NCBI GenBank assembly: GCA_963715215.1
Contig: CAVQRJ010000020.1
Span: 352,343-416,342, forward strand
From: an uncultured Actinomycetota bacterium
GTDB lineage: Bacteria > Actinomycetota > Actinomycetes > Mycobacteriales > Mycobacteriaceae
Length of the DNA stretch: 64,000 nucleotides
Direction of reading: 5' to 3'
The position numbers and the translations under genes were made by a program. This document shows, piece by piece, positions 31,532 to 42,678 of the stretch (its first letter is position 1; every line of letters starts with the position of its first letter). Under the pieces are notes generated by a model. The model made no database searches and was not told the origin of the DNA. It saw nothing but the letters and a program-made list of their open reading frames with translations.

Positions 31532-31689
31532 CGCGCTCGCCGCCGAAGAACCTGAAAGTACAGCGCCTCCAACCCAGCTGGAAGGCACCAGACCGCTCGC
31601 TCGTGCGCCGCGTGCCGCTCGCGGTGCGGTGGTGTCAGGATGGCGGCAATGATCAAGGTCGCGTGGCACTGCTTCCCGAGGTGGATCCT

Positions 31690-31790
31690 GCCCAGGACCG
31701 GCGGTGGTCGTATGTGGAGCAGTACGGATTCGCGCACGCATGGTCCTTGGATCATCTGGCGTGTGGCGGTCGCAGGCGGACGCGCCTTGG
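31690..31790 (+). pseudogene. N-terminal fragment of an LLM-class flavin/F420 oxidoreductase
   Basis: RWSYVEQYGFAHAWSLDHL. Confidence 0.45.
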
Positions 31791-31869
31791 TATGCAACGG
31801 TCCCGACCCTGGCGGCGGCCGCACTGAACTGTTGGCCTGAAATGACCAAGACGGGACGAGGCGGCACTC

Positions 31870-32766
31870 CTAGGGCGCCGCAGCCTGGAGCGCGGCCGCG
31901 ACCGTCTCGACGGCCGGGGCGCGGGTCGCTCGGGTCAGCAGGAATGCCTCGCGGCCGATCGTGCCCTCGGCGATTGTGCGCACGGCCACGCCCGGCGCGT
32001 CGTAGCCGAGCACGAGGTCGGGCAGCAGCGCGCATGCGCCGGTCGTTCGGACCAGCTCCAACAGGATCAGAAAGTCGTTGGACGCGTAGCGCAGGTCAGG
32101 CTCGAAGCCGCCGAGTCGGCGGCAAGCGCGGATCTGCATCTCGCGGTGACCGGTGCCGGGCTGGCACGCCGCCCACTCGGCATCCGCGAGTCGCGCCATC
32201 GGCACCCGGCGGCGCCGCGCGAGTGGGTGCGTGGCGGGAATGACGAGGCGGACCTGCTCGCGCACGAGCGTCGCGCGCGTCAGGTCGGCGAGCACCGGGC
32301 GCGGCTGGCCCTCGTACTCGTCGCCGACGACGGCGTCGAGCTGTTGCAGGCGCAGGGCGGGCACGCTCTCCTCGACCTCCAGCTCGGTCGCCTCCACACG
32401 GATGTCGGGATTGCTCTGCGCGAGCGCCGCCACGGCCGGCGCGACGATGCACAGGAACGCCGACTGGAAAGCGGACACCCGCACGACGCCCGCCGGATGG
32501 CCCGCAGCGATGCCCGCCAGCTCCGCCTCGGCCGCCTCGACCCCGTCGAGCAGCGTCGCGGCGTGGCGGACGAGCACACGCCCGGCCTGGGTCAGCCGCA
32601 CGTTGCGCCCGCTGCGCTCGAGCAGCTTCGCCCCGGCCTCGCGCTCGAGCACGGCGAGCTGCTGGGAGATCGCGCTGGGGGTGTAGTCGAGCGCCCGCGC
32701 GGCGCCGTGGACGGTGCCGCGGGCGTCGACCTCGCGTAGCAGTTTGAGGCGGTGCAGATCCAGCAT
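31870..32766 (-). CDS. LysR-family regulator
   Basis: AARALDYTPSAISQQLAVLERE HTH. Confidence 0.92.
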   Translation of the reverse strand: MLDLHRLKLLREVDARGTVHGAARALDYTPSAISQQLAVLEREAGAKLLERSGRNVRLTQAGRVLVRHAATLLDGVEAAEAELAGIAAGHPAGVVRVSAFQSAFLCIVAPAVAALAQSNPDIRVEATELEVEESVPALRLQQLDAVVGDEYEGQPRPVLADLTRATLVREQVRLVIPATHPLARRRRVPMARLADAEWAACQPGTGHREMQIRACRRLGGFEPDLRYASNDFLILLELVRTTGACALLPDLVLGYDAPGVAVRTIAEGTIGREAFLLTRATRAPAVETVAAALQAAAP

Positions 32767-32833
32767 TGTGTACCTAAGCTACACAATTATGCGCATAAAT
32801 GTGAGATGGACGTGAACGGTCTTCGTTGCCAGC

Positions 32834-33754
32834 ATGGATCGCATGGGACCGCTGCTGTGCCTCCTGTCCGCCGCCGGCTTCGGGGCGATGGCGATCTTCG
32901 GCAAGCTCGCGTACGACGCCGGCATCGAGGTCGGCGACCTGCTGCTCGTGCGGTTCGCCCTGGCGGCGGCGCTGCTGCTCGCAGTCGCCGCTGCCACGGG
33001 TGCGCTGCGTGGCCTGCCGCGCCGGTCGGTGCTCGCCGGGCTCGCGATGGGCGCGATCGGCTACGCGACGCAGTCGGGGCTGTACTTTAACGCGCTCGAG
33101 CGGATGGACGCCTCGCTACTCGCGCTGATCCTCTATGTCTATCCGGCGCTGGTGCTAATCGGGGCGGTCGCGCTTGGCCGTGAGCGCGCATCGGTGCGGC
33201 GGGTCGCCGCGCTGCTCATTGCGCTCGCGGGCACCGCGCTGGTCCTCGCCGGGGCGGCGTCCGGCAGCCTCGACGCGCTCGGCACGGCGATGGGTTTCGG
33301 CGCCGCGCTCGCCTACACCGTGTACATCCTCACCGGCGACCGTGTCGGGGCCGGGGTGCCGCCGGTGGCGCTGGCGGCGTTCGTGTGCCTTGGCGCGACG
33401 TGCACGTTCGCGCTGGCGTCCGTCGTACGGGGCGGCCCAGAGCTCGGATTCGGCGCCGACGGCTGGGCATGGGTGGGCGCGATCGCCGTCGTGAGCACGT
33501 TCGCGGCGATCCTGTGCTTCTTCGCCGGCCTGGCTCGGGTCGGGCCGTCGGCGGCGTCGATCCTTTCGACACTGGAGCCGGTGGTCACCGTCGCGCTGGC
33601 GGCCGCGGCGTTCGGGGAGTCGCTCGGCGCGGTGCAGCTGGTCGGCGGCGCGCTGGTCGTCGTGGCCGTGCTCGTGATGCAGTGGCCGGCGCGCCCGCGT
33701 GTGGCGTTGGCCGTCGGCATGCCGGCCGCGGCCAACGTCCACTCTCGCCTTTGA
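32834..33754 (+). CDS. DMT/EamA family transporter
   Basis: Ten-TM pattern, LEPVVT; divergent from the LysR gene. Confidence 0.9.
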   Translation: MDRMGPLLCLLSAAGFGAMAIFGKLAYDAGIEVGDLLLVRFALAAALLLAVAAATGALRGLPRRSVLAGLAMGAIGYATQSGLYFNALERMDASLLALILYVYPALVLIGAVALGRERASVRRVAALLIALAGTALVLAGAASGSLDALGTAMGFGAALAYTVYILTGDRVGAGVPPVALAAFVCLGATCTFALASVVRGGPELGFGADGWAWVGAIAVVSTFAAILCFFAGLARVGPSAASILSTLEPVVTVALAAAAFGESLGAVQLVGGALVVVAVLVMQWPARPRVALAVGMPAAANVHSRL

Positions 33755-33857
33755 GGCGGAGGCCAGCAGCTGCGAGCAGTGGCCAGCTCTCGCGCTCGCG
33801 CGGCCCAAACGACAAGGCGCAGGGACGCGACGGCGTTCACGTCGCCGCACGACATCC

Positions 33858-35339
33858 TCACCTAGACGGCGGACCCGGCTGGCCCGTCGTCTTCCGCAGC
33901 GGTTTAGAGGACCGATTACGGGGAGCGCGGATTCGCCGTTTGCGGACCCTCCATGAGCCCCATTCGCCCAGTGTGACGCCGGCCGCAAGGGCCGTACTGA
34001 TCGCCAGCGCACCCAATACCGAGGCGAACCCGACGGCGAGCTGGTCATTGAGAACCGCGTAGATGCCATGTAGCAGCGAGAGGCCCGGCAGCAGGGGCAC
34101 AATGCCCGAGATCGACACGATCAGCGGCGGAGCGAGGTTGCGGCGTTCCATCAGCCGGCCGACCAAACCCACCGGGACCGCCGCGACGAACGACGCCACC
34201 ACGACACCCACGCCCGCGCTCTGTGCCAGAAGAAAGCCGATGGTGCCGGCGGCGCCGCCGAACGCCGCGGCCACCAATGCGGTCCGTTCGGCGTAGCAGG
34301 CCAGCGCGAAGGCCGCCGCGCTGGCCGCGCCGAATGCGACACGCACCGCCAGCTCTGCCAGTGCCGGCGGCGCGTTCGCGCTGATGGCGATGTACGGCGC
34401 GCCGAAGCGGTTCGCGAGGTGCAGGACCAACGCCACACCGGCGATCGTCGCGGCCGTCATCATGACCAGCTCGAAGAAGCGGCCCGCGGCGGTGACCGGG
34501 GCTCCGGTGATGACGTCGCCGACCGAACTCACCAGGGACAGGCCGGCAAGAAGCACGACCAGGCCGGCGGCGATGGCAACGGTCGGTTCGAATTGCAGCC
34601 CCAGCTTGGGGCTCAGCACGTACAGCGCCAGTGGAGGCGCGGTCGCGATGGCACCACCGACGGCGTACTGGAAAAAGAACGGCAGTCCATGCTTGTTGAG
34701 TCGTCGATTGACGCGGTCGATCGTCATGGTGCTCAGCGCGCTGATCAAGCAGACCAAAAGGTCCCCGCCCAGGGTCCCCGCCGTAGCGAACGCCAGCGCC
34801 CCCCAGGCCAGGGTGGCGATCCAGCGCTTGTAGGGGTGCGGCGCGGTGATGATCGCGTCAAGCTCGTCGTGGGCGTCCGACGGCGATACCTGCTGCGTGC
34901 GGATGCGACGGATCAGGCGGTCGAGGGCGGCCAGCCGGCTGAAGTCCATCGACCGCGACTGCACGAGGTGCAGCGTGCTGGCCGGCGGCAACGTCGGCCC
35001 CCGATATACGGCGACGTGGATGGCCGTGTTGATGACGTCGACCTCGCAATGCTCGATCCCGTACGCGGCGGCGATGGCGGAGATCTGATTTATTACGGCG
35101 GTGGCCGGAGTTCCCGACGCCATCAACACGGCACCGACACTCACGGCCAGGTCGAGCACCTCGCCGAGTCGCGCGTCGTAGTAGTCGTCGGGCTCCCTGC
35201 GCTCAGGGTGTTTGATCAACGGCAAGCTATCCGTTGGTGCCTCGGTGTCCCGCACGATTCGGCTCAAGATTTCGCGTCGACGAGCCCGCCATGGCTGGCC
35301 CGCATAATCACGGGTCAACTGCAACACTCCTTCCACCAT
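33858..35339 (-). CDS. Threonine/serine exporter (ThrE) family
   Basis: DFSRLAALDRL, LLAGLSL and IVPLLPGL. Confidence 0.85.
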   Translation of the reverse strand: MVEGVLQLTRDYAGQPWRARRREILSRIVRDTEAPTDSLPLIKHPERREPDDYYDARLGEVLDLAVSVGAVLMASGTPATAVINQISAIAAAYGIEHCEVDVINTAIHVAVYRGPTLPPASTLHLVQSRSMDFSRLAALDRLIRRIRTQQVSPSDAHDELDAIITAPHPYKRWIATLAWGALAFATAGTLGGDLLVCLISALSTMTIDRVNRRLNKHGLPFFFQYAVGGAIATAPPLALYVLSPKLGLQFEPTVAIAAGLVVLLAGLSLVSSVGDVITGAPVTAAGRFFELVMMTAATIAGVALVLHLANRFGAPYIAISANAPPALAELAVRVAFGAASAAAFALACYAERTALVAAAFGGAAGTIGFLLAQSAGVGVVVASFVAAVPVGLVGRLMERRNLAPPLIVSISGIVPLLPGLSLLHGIYAVLNDQLAVGFASVLGALAISTALAAGVTLGEWGSWRVRKRRIRAPRNRSSKPLRKTTGQPGPPSR

Positions 35340-35413
35340 TGGGCCGACGGTCGACTTTGACGTGCAAGCGCCGACGGTGATTCCGTCGGGAACCGCCGTC
35401 GTCTTCCGCTGAC

Positions 35414-35812
35414 CTACGCCAACCCGGGTGCCCCCGAATCTTGTTCCGAATCATTTTCATTCCCTGGGCCGACCGGGCGGTCCCGGTCGTGGATCTCAGC
35501 AGGCGGGTGGGTCGCCTCAACCGCCGTGAACGGCTCGAGGATCTTGTACGTGTGCCGGGCATGCCGGGGAACGACCCACGCATTGCCCGGCTCCAGCAGG
35601 ACCATCTGGCCCTCGCTGTGCAGCTCGGCGCGTCCAGAGATCACATAGCCCACCGTCTCGTAGTCCCGTGCGGCCTCCGGCTTCGGCGGCCCCGGGGGCT
35701 GGTCGCGCCACAACCGCATCCCCACTCCGACCCCCGTCGCCAGGTAAAGCTGGCCCAGCGGGCCGTGCGGCGAGTGCGTGCTGTCGACCTTGATGATTGT
35801 CTTGTCGCCCAT
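35414..35812 (-). CDS. Cupin domain protein
   Basis: YETVGYVISGRAELH...VVPRHARHTY. Confidence 0.8.
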   Translation of the reverse strand: MGDKTIIKVDSTHSPHGPLGQLYLATGVGVGMRLWRDQPPGPPKPEAARDYETVGYVISGRAELHSEGQMVLLEPGNAWVVPRHARHTYKILEPFTAVEATHPPAEIHDRDRPVGPGNENDSEQDSGAPGLA

Positions 35813-36129
35813 GGGGCGATTGAACCCGCCGCGGGCTGCTCGCACAAGGAAAGACGAGGGACCGCCGTCGGGCACCGGGTCGGGGCGCGCGGGCCCCGTT
35901 CGGCTCGCTGGGTGCTCCGCTCACCGCCACGGACGGAAGGATCGGTCTCGACGACCCCACCGGCGGGCGCTGCGCCAACGGCCAGGGTAATTGTGGACAC
36001 TTCGCGCTGAGCCTTCTTAGGCGGTGATCTGACCGGTGTCCCGGTCGGAATCCGTTGGCGGGGTCCTCGGTCGTGATTCGACATTGCAGCGCCGCGCCGT
36101 GCGGCACGATCGAATCCTGGTCCAGGTCA

Positions 36130-36400
36130 AGGTCTTTCAGCTGCTGGCCGGAAGCGATGCGACACCAAGTCGACTTTGATGACCTCCTCGGTCACCGTGT
36201 GCTCGCCTGGATACGCGGGTTCAGCTCGATGAACACGTGATGCCCGCGCTCGTCGAGCACGAACTCCACCGTGCCCGCACACGTGTAGCCGATGTGGCGG
36301 GCGAACGCCACAGCGTCCGCACAGATCCGATCCCGCAACCCCGGATCCGGACTCGGCGTCGACGCCAGCTCGACCACCTTCTGATGCCGACGCTGCATCC
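36130..36400 (-). pseudogene. Pyruvate carboxylase biotin-carboxylase fragment
   Basis: QRRHQKVVE, AGTVEF, FIELNPRIQ and EHTVTEE. Confidence 0.8.
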
Positions 36401-36620
36401 TGCCCGCGCCTCATTCGCCATGGACGCCCCGGACTTTGCATCTGGAACGGAGCCGCCTCATGTCGGCCTGTTCCTGCTCGCGCTGGACCCCGCCGCATTC
36501 GCGCCCGACTACCTGCAGCGCGTCGAGGGCCACTTCCAGCGGTTGCGTGTGCGGTACGGAATCGACTTCGGGCGATACCTCCCTCACGTCCAACGGATGC
36601 AGCTGGCCGACCACGTCTAC
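36398..36620 (+). pseudogene. Possible Ldh_2-family oxidoreductase C-terminal fragment
   Basis: VGLFLLALDPAAF motif. Confidence 0.45.
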
Positions 36621-36817
36621 GACCGCCTTACGGCAAGCGCCCGCCACCATCACACACCCGAAGGAGACATCCATGCATGCGCCGGCGCAGCCGGCACCGC
36701 CACCCACTGCCGTGTGCTCGCATAGCGACTCGGCGACATCCTGCGGCACCACGACGCCCAGAAGAAGGCAGCACAAATCAGTTAGCCTGCTGCTTCAGCC
36801 AGCTGCAAACCGCATTC

Positions 36818-38128
36818 TCAGATCGTCACCTCTGGGTGGCCGACGGAGCCAGTGGTGAAACGCGCGAGGCGGAACGGGTCGATCGGGCGGGTGGTGTCGC
36901 CGGTGAGCGACAGGTCAGCGGCGATCTCGCCGAGCACCGGTCCCAACGCCAAGCCGTGGCCGCACAAGCCGGTCATGATGGTCAGCCCCGCAGGTCCGGC
37001 TCCCCGGTCGATCACCGGCAGGCCGTCGGGAGTGAGGTCAACCAGACCCGCCCAGTAGCGCGCGACTCCGACGCCATCGAACTCCGGGATGAGTTGGGAC
37101 AGCCGCGAAAGCGACGAGTCCACGAGTGGACAGTCGACGGGGGGTTCCGGTGAAGTATCCGGTATCAGTTGGGTGGCCAGTGTCGAACGGTGCCTCAGCT
37201 GTTCGGTGATGCGGGGTGTGTCCAGTTGAAGTTTGATGTGCTTGCGGAACGCCAGCGCACGTGGCAGCCAGTAGCGCAGCCCGTGGTAATCGACGAGGGA
37301 AACACCATGGCTGACTTTGGCATTGAGCCCGGCGCTGACCACCGTGCGACCGCTCGGGCGTTGGCGGGCGCCGAACCCGCACGCCCGAATCGTCGGTGTG
37401 AGAAGCGGTTTGACGGGTTCGGTTTCCAGTTCAGACATGACCACCGGCAGGACCGGAACCGTGACCCCGACCGTGTTGGCCAGATACGGGGTCCACACGC
37501 CAGCGGCGACGACCACTGCGTCGGCGGCGATCGGTCCGGCGGTGGTGTGCACACCGGCGATATGCCCCCTGGCCTCCAGCAGCTCGGTGACCTTGACGCC
37601 ATAGCCGAGGTGCACGCCGGCGCGCTCGGCTCGCTCGACGTAGTGTGCGGTCGCCGTGGCGGGCTGACACGCCGCGTCGACCGGGCTCCACATGGCACCG
37701 AGGAATGGGCCGGTGGCGCAGGGAATGACCGTTCTGGTTTGGTCGGCGTCGAGCAGCTCCACATCGGTCAGCCCGGCCCGGTGCGCCTCGTCGACCAGGC
37801 GCTGCAGCACCGGCAGCTCCTCCGCGGTCGTGCGGATATAGAGGTTGCCGCCGACGACGAACTCGAAGTCGCCCTCTGCGGCGGCCTCGGCCCACAGCTC
37901 AAGGGCTTCCCGCGCGAGCGGAAACTCCGCGTGGTGCCGGCCCTGCACCCGAAGCGAGCCCTGCGCCCGCCCCGAGCCCTCGCGGGCCGGCGCATCCTCC
38001 TTGTCCAGCAACACGACCGATGCGCCGCGCGCAGCGAGTGCGGCCGCCGATGCGGCGCCGACGATTCCGCTTCCGACCACAACAACGTCGACGCCGCGGG
38101 GCATGGTCATGGTGGGCCCGTCGGTCAC
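36818..38128 (-). CDS. DAO-family FAD-dependent oxidoreductase (D-amino acid/D-proline oxidase-like)
   Basis: VVVGSGIVG, EGSGRAQG, WAGLVDLTPDG and GHGLALGP. Confidence 0.88.
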   Translation of the reverse strand: MTDGPTMTMPRGVDVVVVGSGIVGAASAAALAARGASVVLLDKEDAPAREGSGRAQGSLRVQGRHHAEFPLAREALELWAEAAAEGDFEFVVGGNLYIRTTAEELPVLQRLVDEAHRAGLTDVELLDADQTRTVIPCATGPFLGAMWSPVDAACQPATATAHYVERAERAGVHLGYGVKVTELLEARGHIAGVHTTAGPIAADAVVVAAGVWTPYLANTVGVTVPVLPVVMSELETEPVKPLLTPTIRACGFGARQRPSGRTVVSAGLNAKVSHGVSLVDYHGLRYWLPRALAFRKHIKLQLDTPRITEQLRHRSTLATQLIPDTSPEPPVDCPLVDSSLSRLSQLIPEFDGVGVARYWAGLVDLTPDGLPVIDRGAGPAGLTIMTGLCGHGLALGPVLGEIAADLSLTGDTTRPIDPFRLARFTTGSVGHPEVTI

Positions 38129-39233
38129 GGCCGGGTCCGGGCGTCGAGCCGGCGCAACTCCCGTTCGTCAACGGTGAATCCGATACCGGGGCCGGCCGGG
38201 ACGGCGACGCAGCCGTCGACGACTTCGACCTGCTGTTCGGTGATCTGCTGGCGGTACTTGCGCGGGCCCATCAGATACGACGGGTAGCTGAGCCTGGGCA
38301 GCGCGGCGGCCAGGTGCAGGCCCATCGCCGTGGCGATGCCCATCTCGATCACACTGCCGACCATGACCCCCACACCGTTCGCGTGGGCGATCTGGGCGGC
38401 CTGTAATGCGGCGGTGGGACCGCCGAGTTTGGAGTGTCCGACGTTGAGGACAGTGGCTGACCGGTCCGCGGAGACTGCGGCTGCGTCGGTGACCGTTCGG
38501 ACGGCTTCGTCGGCGGCGATATCGATCCGCAAGGCGCCGACCAGCTCGCGTTGAAACGCGGCGGCGGCCGGTGCCAGCGGCTGCTCCAGCATGGCCAGTC
38601 CGATGTCATGCACTCTGTGCAATGCCCGGGTCAGGTCGGGCTCCACATGCCGTTGACGTCGACGAACAGCTTGACGTCTGGGCCGACGGCGTCGCGGACA
38701 GCCTGCAGCCGGTCGAGGTCGGCGTCGATGTCGCCGCGTCCGGCATAAAGCTTGAGCCAGCAGTAGGTCTGCGCCTGCTCTACCGCAACGTCAACCATCT
38801 TGCGGCTGTCTTCCTCCCACCCGACCGAACCATGAACTTCGGTGCGGCCTCGGAAGGCACCGCCCAAAAGAGTGTGCACCGGCACGTCGAGAGTGCGGCC
38901 CACCAGGTCCAGCAGCGCCGTGTCGACAGCGGCGTTGGTGAATGGCGCACACTTCAGCACGCGGTCCAGATCGTGGAGTAGCGGGAGCCGGTGCTCGGGA
39001 TTGCGGCCAACGAAGAGGGGCGCAACACGCTGCTCGACGAGTTCCACAATGGATTCCTGCGTTTCGCTGGTGAAAGCGGGGACCGGGCAGGCCTCGCCGT
39101 AGCCGACCGCACCGTCGTGGGTACGGATAATCACGACCACGTTCGGTGAGGTCGTCCGGTCGGTTGTGCCGAAGCGAAATGTCGATCTGAATGATGCCGC
39201 GACCGGAATCGCCTCAATAGACTGGATCTGCAT
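38125..39233 (-). CDS. Enolase-superfamily (MLE/racemase subgroup) enzyme, frameshift near 38640
   Basis: GYGEA, AAVDTALLDL; metal ligands DVN, EQP and ADE. Confidence 0.85.
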
Positions 39234-40503
39234 GACGATTATGTGTTCCTACTTCTATCGGTTCGAGTCCAGAACAGCAGATGTACCTCGATCCTGTTAT
39301 CGACGGCGGTCGAACGTCACCTCCGTTATTTCGACAACCGCCGAAATGAACTGCAACTGTCGATCAGATCGTGCTGCGGTTAGCGGTCGCGAGGACCGTT
39401 CTCTAGTTGTGCGGATCGCCCGATGGCGAGGCGCCGCGAGGCTACCCTCACCGATGTGGCCGCGGTTCTCGGGCATCGGGCCGACCACTTCACCGGCGAT
39501 AGTGAGACGACGGCGCGGCGCCGAAGCGCGGCAAGCTACTTCGTGTCGTGCCGGCGAACTTGATCGAGCGGTGCCGTCAACGTATCGGCCTCTAACCAAC
39601 GTCCGGCGGCCTACAACTCGGCGTGCCCGACGGATATGCAGTTCTACAGCGGAATGAAGTCACCGCGGATGGGCAGCCCGCCGTCATTCCGGAAGTTACC
39701 GCAATGGCATACCGAACCGGAGATCACCGCTTCGAAATCGACCCCGCCGACGAACTCGGCACCGGTTTCGTCCTGCGCTGACACCTTGGCGACAGCAATC
39801 GTTCATGCGGTACCACGCACCGGCGGGCATCGGGCCACCACGTCGGACGGCATCGATGTAGCCGGGCGCTGTGGACAACAATGACTGGTAGGTTCCTGGG
39901 AAGACGTTGCTCGACAAGCCCCGTTACCGCGAAGTACCTGCCCGTGACCGGGCACGCTTGCGACAGCAGTGACACGGGGGCGGCCGAGGCTCCTGTTGCA
40001 ACCATGTTCTCGCATACAATAGTCCGACTGCACAGCACACCTACGAGATCATGGATCTCGTTGAGTACACGGAGATGTCCCGGACCAACTCGACCTGCGT
40101 GGCGGCCGCTCTATCGAGATCGGGATGGGTATATCACCGGAACCGACAGGGTCTCGAAGGAGAAGCCAGGATGTCGTCGGCGCCGACTCCCGTTGTGGCT
40201 GTTGCGCTCTCGACCGTTCTCTGGCCATCGCCCGACCGGTGGTGACCGGCGATTGCGAACCGCAGCGCCGCGCGTCAGAATTGCGTGCTCGATCGTGGCG
40301 GTGTCTGACAGTCACAGCTCAAGCCGCGCTTCGTCATCGATGACGCTCCATGCCAGACTGGCCGCGCGAAGCCAGCAGCCATCCTGAAGCCGTCGTCGGA
40401 CCAGCCGAAAACGGCGGAATCGAACATCGCGGGTTAACCAGTAGACACGAATTCGGTTGTATCGCAGTGCTTCCCTACAATCTGATCGGCGGGGTAACTC
40501 GCG

Positions 40504-41271
40504 TCAGCCTACGGAGAATCGGTGAGGCCGCATGGTGGACTCGTCAGCACCATGACGGCGCAGGTACTCGGCGTCTTGCCCGAGAACGCCGGGAGTCGGG
40601 CCGTAGGCGCAGAGTCGTCCGAGCGCGTCCGCGGAGGCTATTCGGTTGAATCCCTGTGGCTGGCCGGAGCGACCGATGATTTCCTCAATTTCCTCGTCCG
40701 AGAGGACGCCGTACGAGGCTCTGGCAGCCCGTGCGATGAGTTCGGCGGCGGCATCGGACGGCCGGATGGTGATGCCGCCGCGACCAAGGCCGGGAACGTA
40801 CGTGAGCACGTCGCGCACATCTTCGCAGAGCCAGTTTACGTTCTCGCGCATGAGTTCTCCGGATTCATTTCCAGCATCCTCGAGCACGACGCGGGTGATA
40901 GCGCGGTCGTTGAGCGCTTCGAGCACTGCCTCACCGTGCGAGGCGACGACGACCTCTTTGTTCGCCGACCACACGTCGAGCCATCCGTGGTAGGCGTGCT
41001 GGCGTCCGACGTGGATTACGTAGTAGCCGGGATAGCGATAGAACTTGTCGCCCCGACCGCGCAGCAACTCATAGTAGCGAGCGACCGACGCCAGCAGCAG
41101 CGGCGCAGCGGCGAGCGATCCGCCCGGTGACTGCGTGACGACTCCGACGCGATCGTTGACTGTCAACTCGGGAAGGACGTTGTCGAACGTCGCCGGCCTG
41201 CCGTCGACCATGATCTCGAACCCGGCGGTAGACATTGTCGTGCTCGTGTGAATTTCAGCGTCCTTCCTCAA
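40504..41271 (-). CDS. Conserved-looking hypothetical protein downstream of the Rieske system
   Basis: Intact 255-aa ORF, codirectional with the reductase; YRYPGYYVIHVG...WLDVWSANKEVVV. Confidence 0.7.
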   Translation of the reverse strand: MRKDAEIHTSTTMSTAGFEIMVDGRPATFDNVLPELTVNDRVGVVTQSPGGSLAAAPLLLASVARYYELLRGRGDKFYRYPGYYVIHVGRQHAYHGWLDVWSANKEVVVASHGEAVLEALNDRAITRVVLEDAGNESGELMRENVNWLCEDVRDVLTYVPGLGRGGITIRPSDAAAELIARAARASYGVLSDEEIEEIIGRSGQPQGFNRIASADALGRLCAYGPTPGVLGQDAEYLRRHGADESTMRPHRFSVG

Positions 41272-41332
41272 GTTCTCCCAGCAACAAGTTCGCTCGTACC
41301 AGCGATGCGTTCACGAAGGTGTTGACCTCGAG

Positions 41333-42556
41333 TCAGCAGTCAATGCGGAGGTCGCTGATTGGTTTGGAGCAGCAGATGAGGATCTTGTTCTGGGTAATTT
41401 CCCTGGGGCGTATTCCGCCGTTGTGCTGCATGTCGACTTGTCCGGACAGCACCGTGGTCTTGCATGTCCCACACATGCCCTGAGTGCAGGAGGAGGGTGG
41501 CGTAAGGCCGGCCGTCCATGCGGCATCCAGAACGTTCTCGTCTGCGCCGCAGGTGATGGTGCGGCCGGTTCGGACGAATTCGACGCTGTAGACGGCGGCG
41601 CTTGTTCCCTGGCCCACACCACCCGACAGTGTCGGCGACTGGTCGCCGATCGGGCGTGCTGTCTCGGTCAGGACCTGGTGATCGGTGTCAACCGCCGGCC
41701 GAGCGGGAATCGACAGGGTCTCGAAGGAAAAGCTTTCCTCGTGGTAATTCCGCATGTCGTAGCCGATTTCGGCGAGGATGTCCCGAACGGACGCCATGTA
41801 CGCCGAGGGACCGCATGTGAACGTCACCCGTTCCGTTAGGTCAGGAGCCAGAGCCTGCAGCGCCGCTTGTGAGAGTCGGCCACGAAGCCCATGCCAGCGT
41901 TCGAACGGGTGGTCGTCTTCGCATATGTGCGCCACCCGGATGTTCGGTGTCATGGACGCGATGGCGTCGAGTTCACGGCGGAAGATGATGTCGGCCGGCG
42001 TCCGCGCGCTGTGGATGAACAGGATGTCTGCGTCCGAGCCGAGGTCGTACAGCGTCCGGGTCATCGACATGACGGGTGTGATACCACTGCCTGCGGACAA
42101 GAACAGGTACTTGGTGGCTTTCCGACCGGCGATCGTGAAGGAGCCCAGTGGGGCCTCGACGGCGATGCGGGTACCTGGAATCACGTTGTCGTGCAACCAG
42201 TTCGAGACCGGACCGCCGGCCACGCGCTTCACCGTGATGGCGATCAGGTGCGGACGGGTGGGCGGCGAGGAGATGGTGTAGCAGCGGCTGACAGGCCGGC
42301 CATCGATCTCGAGTTGGAGGGTGATGAACTGTCCGGGATCGAACCGGAATAAGCGTCCTTCAGGCGCCTCGAAAAGGAAACTCTTCACGTCGTGGGTGAT
42401 ATCGAGGACCTTGCGGCAGACGAGGTCCGCGTGCTCGGCATCACTCCAACACTCCGGGCTCCAAGAGGGCAGCATTAAGCCACCTACCATGTCGTGCCCA
42501 GGTCCTCCGGCCTCCGCGTCGCACTCTGCTTGCGCGACGGTAGTCGCGATCGCCAT
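41333..42556 (-). CDS. FAD/NAD-binding ferredoxin reductase (GbcB-like) with C-terminal 2Fe-2S
   Basis: RCYTISS, AGSGITP, CGP and CTQGMCGTC...ICC. Confidence 0.9.
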   Translation of the reverse strand: MAIATTVAQAECDAEAGGPGHDMVGGLMLPSWSPECWSDAEHADLVCRKVLDITHDVKSFLFEAPEGRLFRFDPGQFITLQLEIDGRPVSRCYTISSPPTRPHLIAITVKRVAGGPVSNWLHDNVIPGTRIAVEAPLGSFTIAGRKATKYLFLSAGSGITPVMSMTRTLYDLGSDADILFIHSARTPADIIFRRELDAIASMTPNIRVAHICEDDHPFERWHGLRGRLSQAALQALAPDLTERVTFTCGPSAYMASVRDILAEIGYDMRNYHEESFSFETLSIPARPAVDTDHQVLTETARPIGDQSPTLSGGVGQGTSAAVYSVEFVRTGRTITCGADENVLDAAWTAGLTPPSSCTQGMCGTCKTTVLSGQVDMQHNGGIRPREITQNKILICCSKPISDLRIDC

Positions 42557-42678
42557 CTTTCAAACCTTTCAATTGCTCGATCACGGCCCGGGTGGGGCTG
42601 TATCGGTACACGCTCTTTGTGGGTGGTGCCGATGGTCGGTGGAGACGAGAAGTTCGTCGAGGTCCTCGATTACGGTTA

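Noticed and set aside
39600-40350. Possible decayed gene on the minus strand
   Set aside because: Protein-like pieces are broken by stops and shifts, and I could not assign a family.
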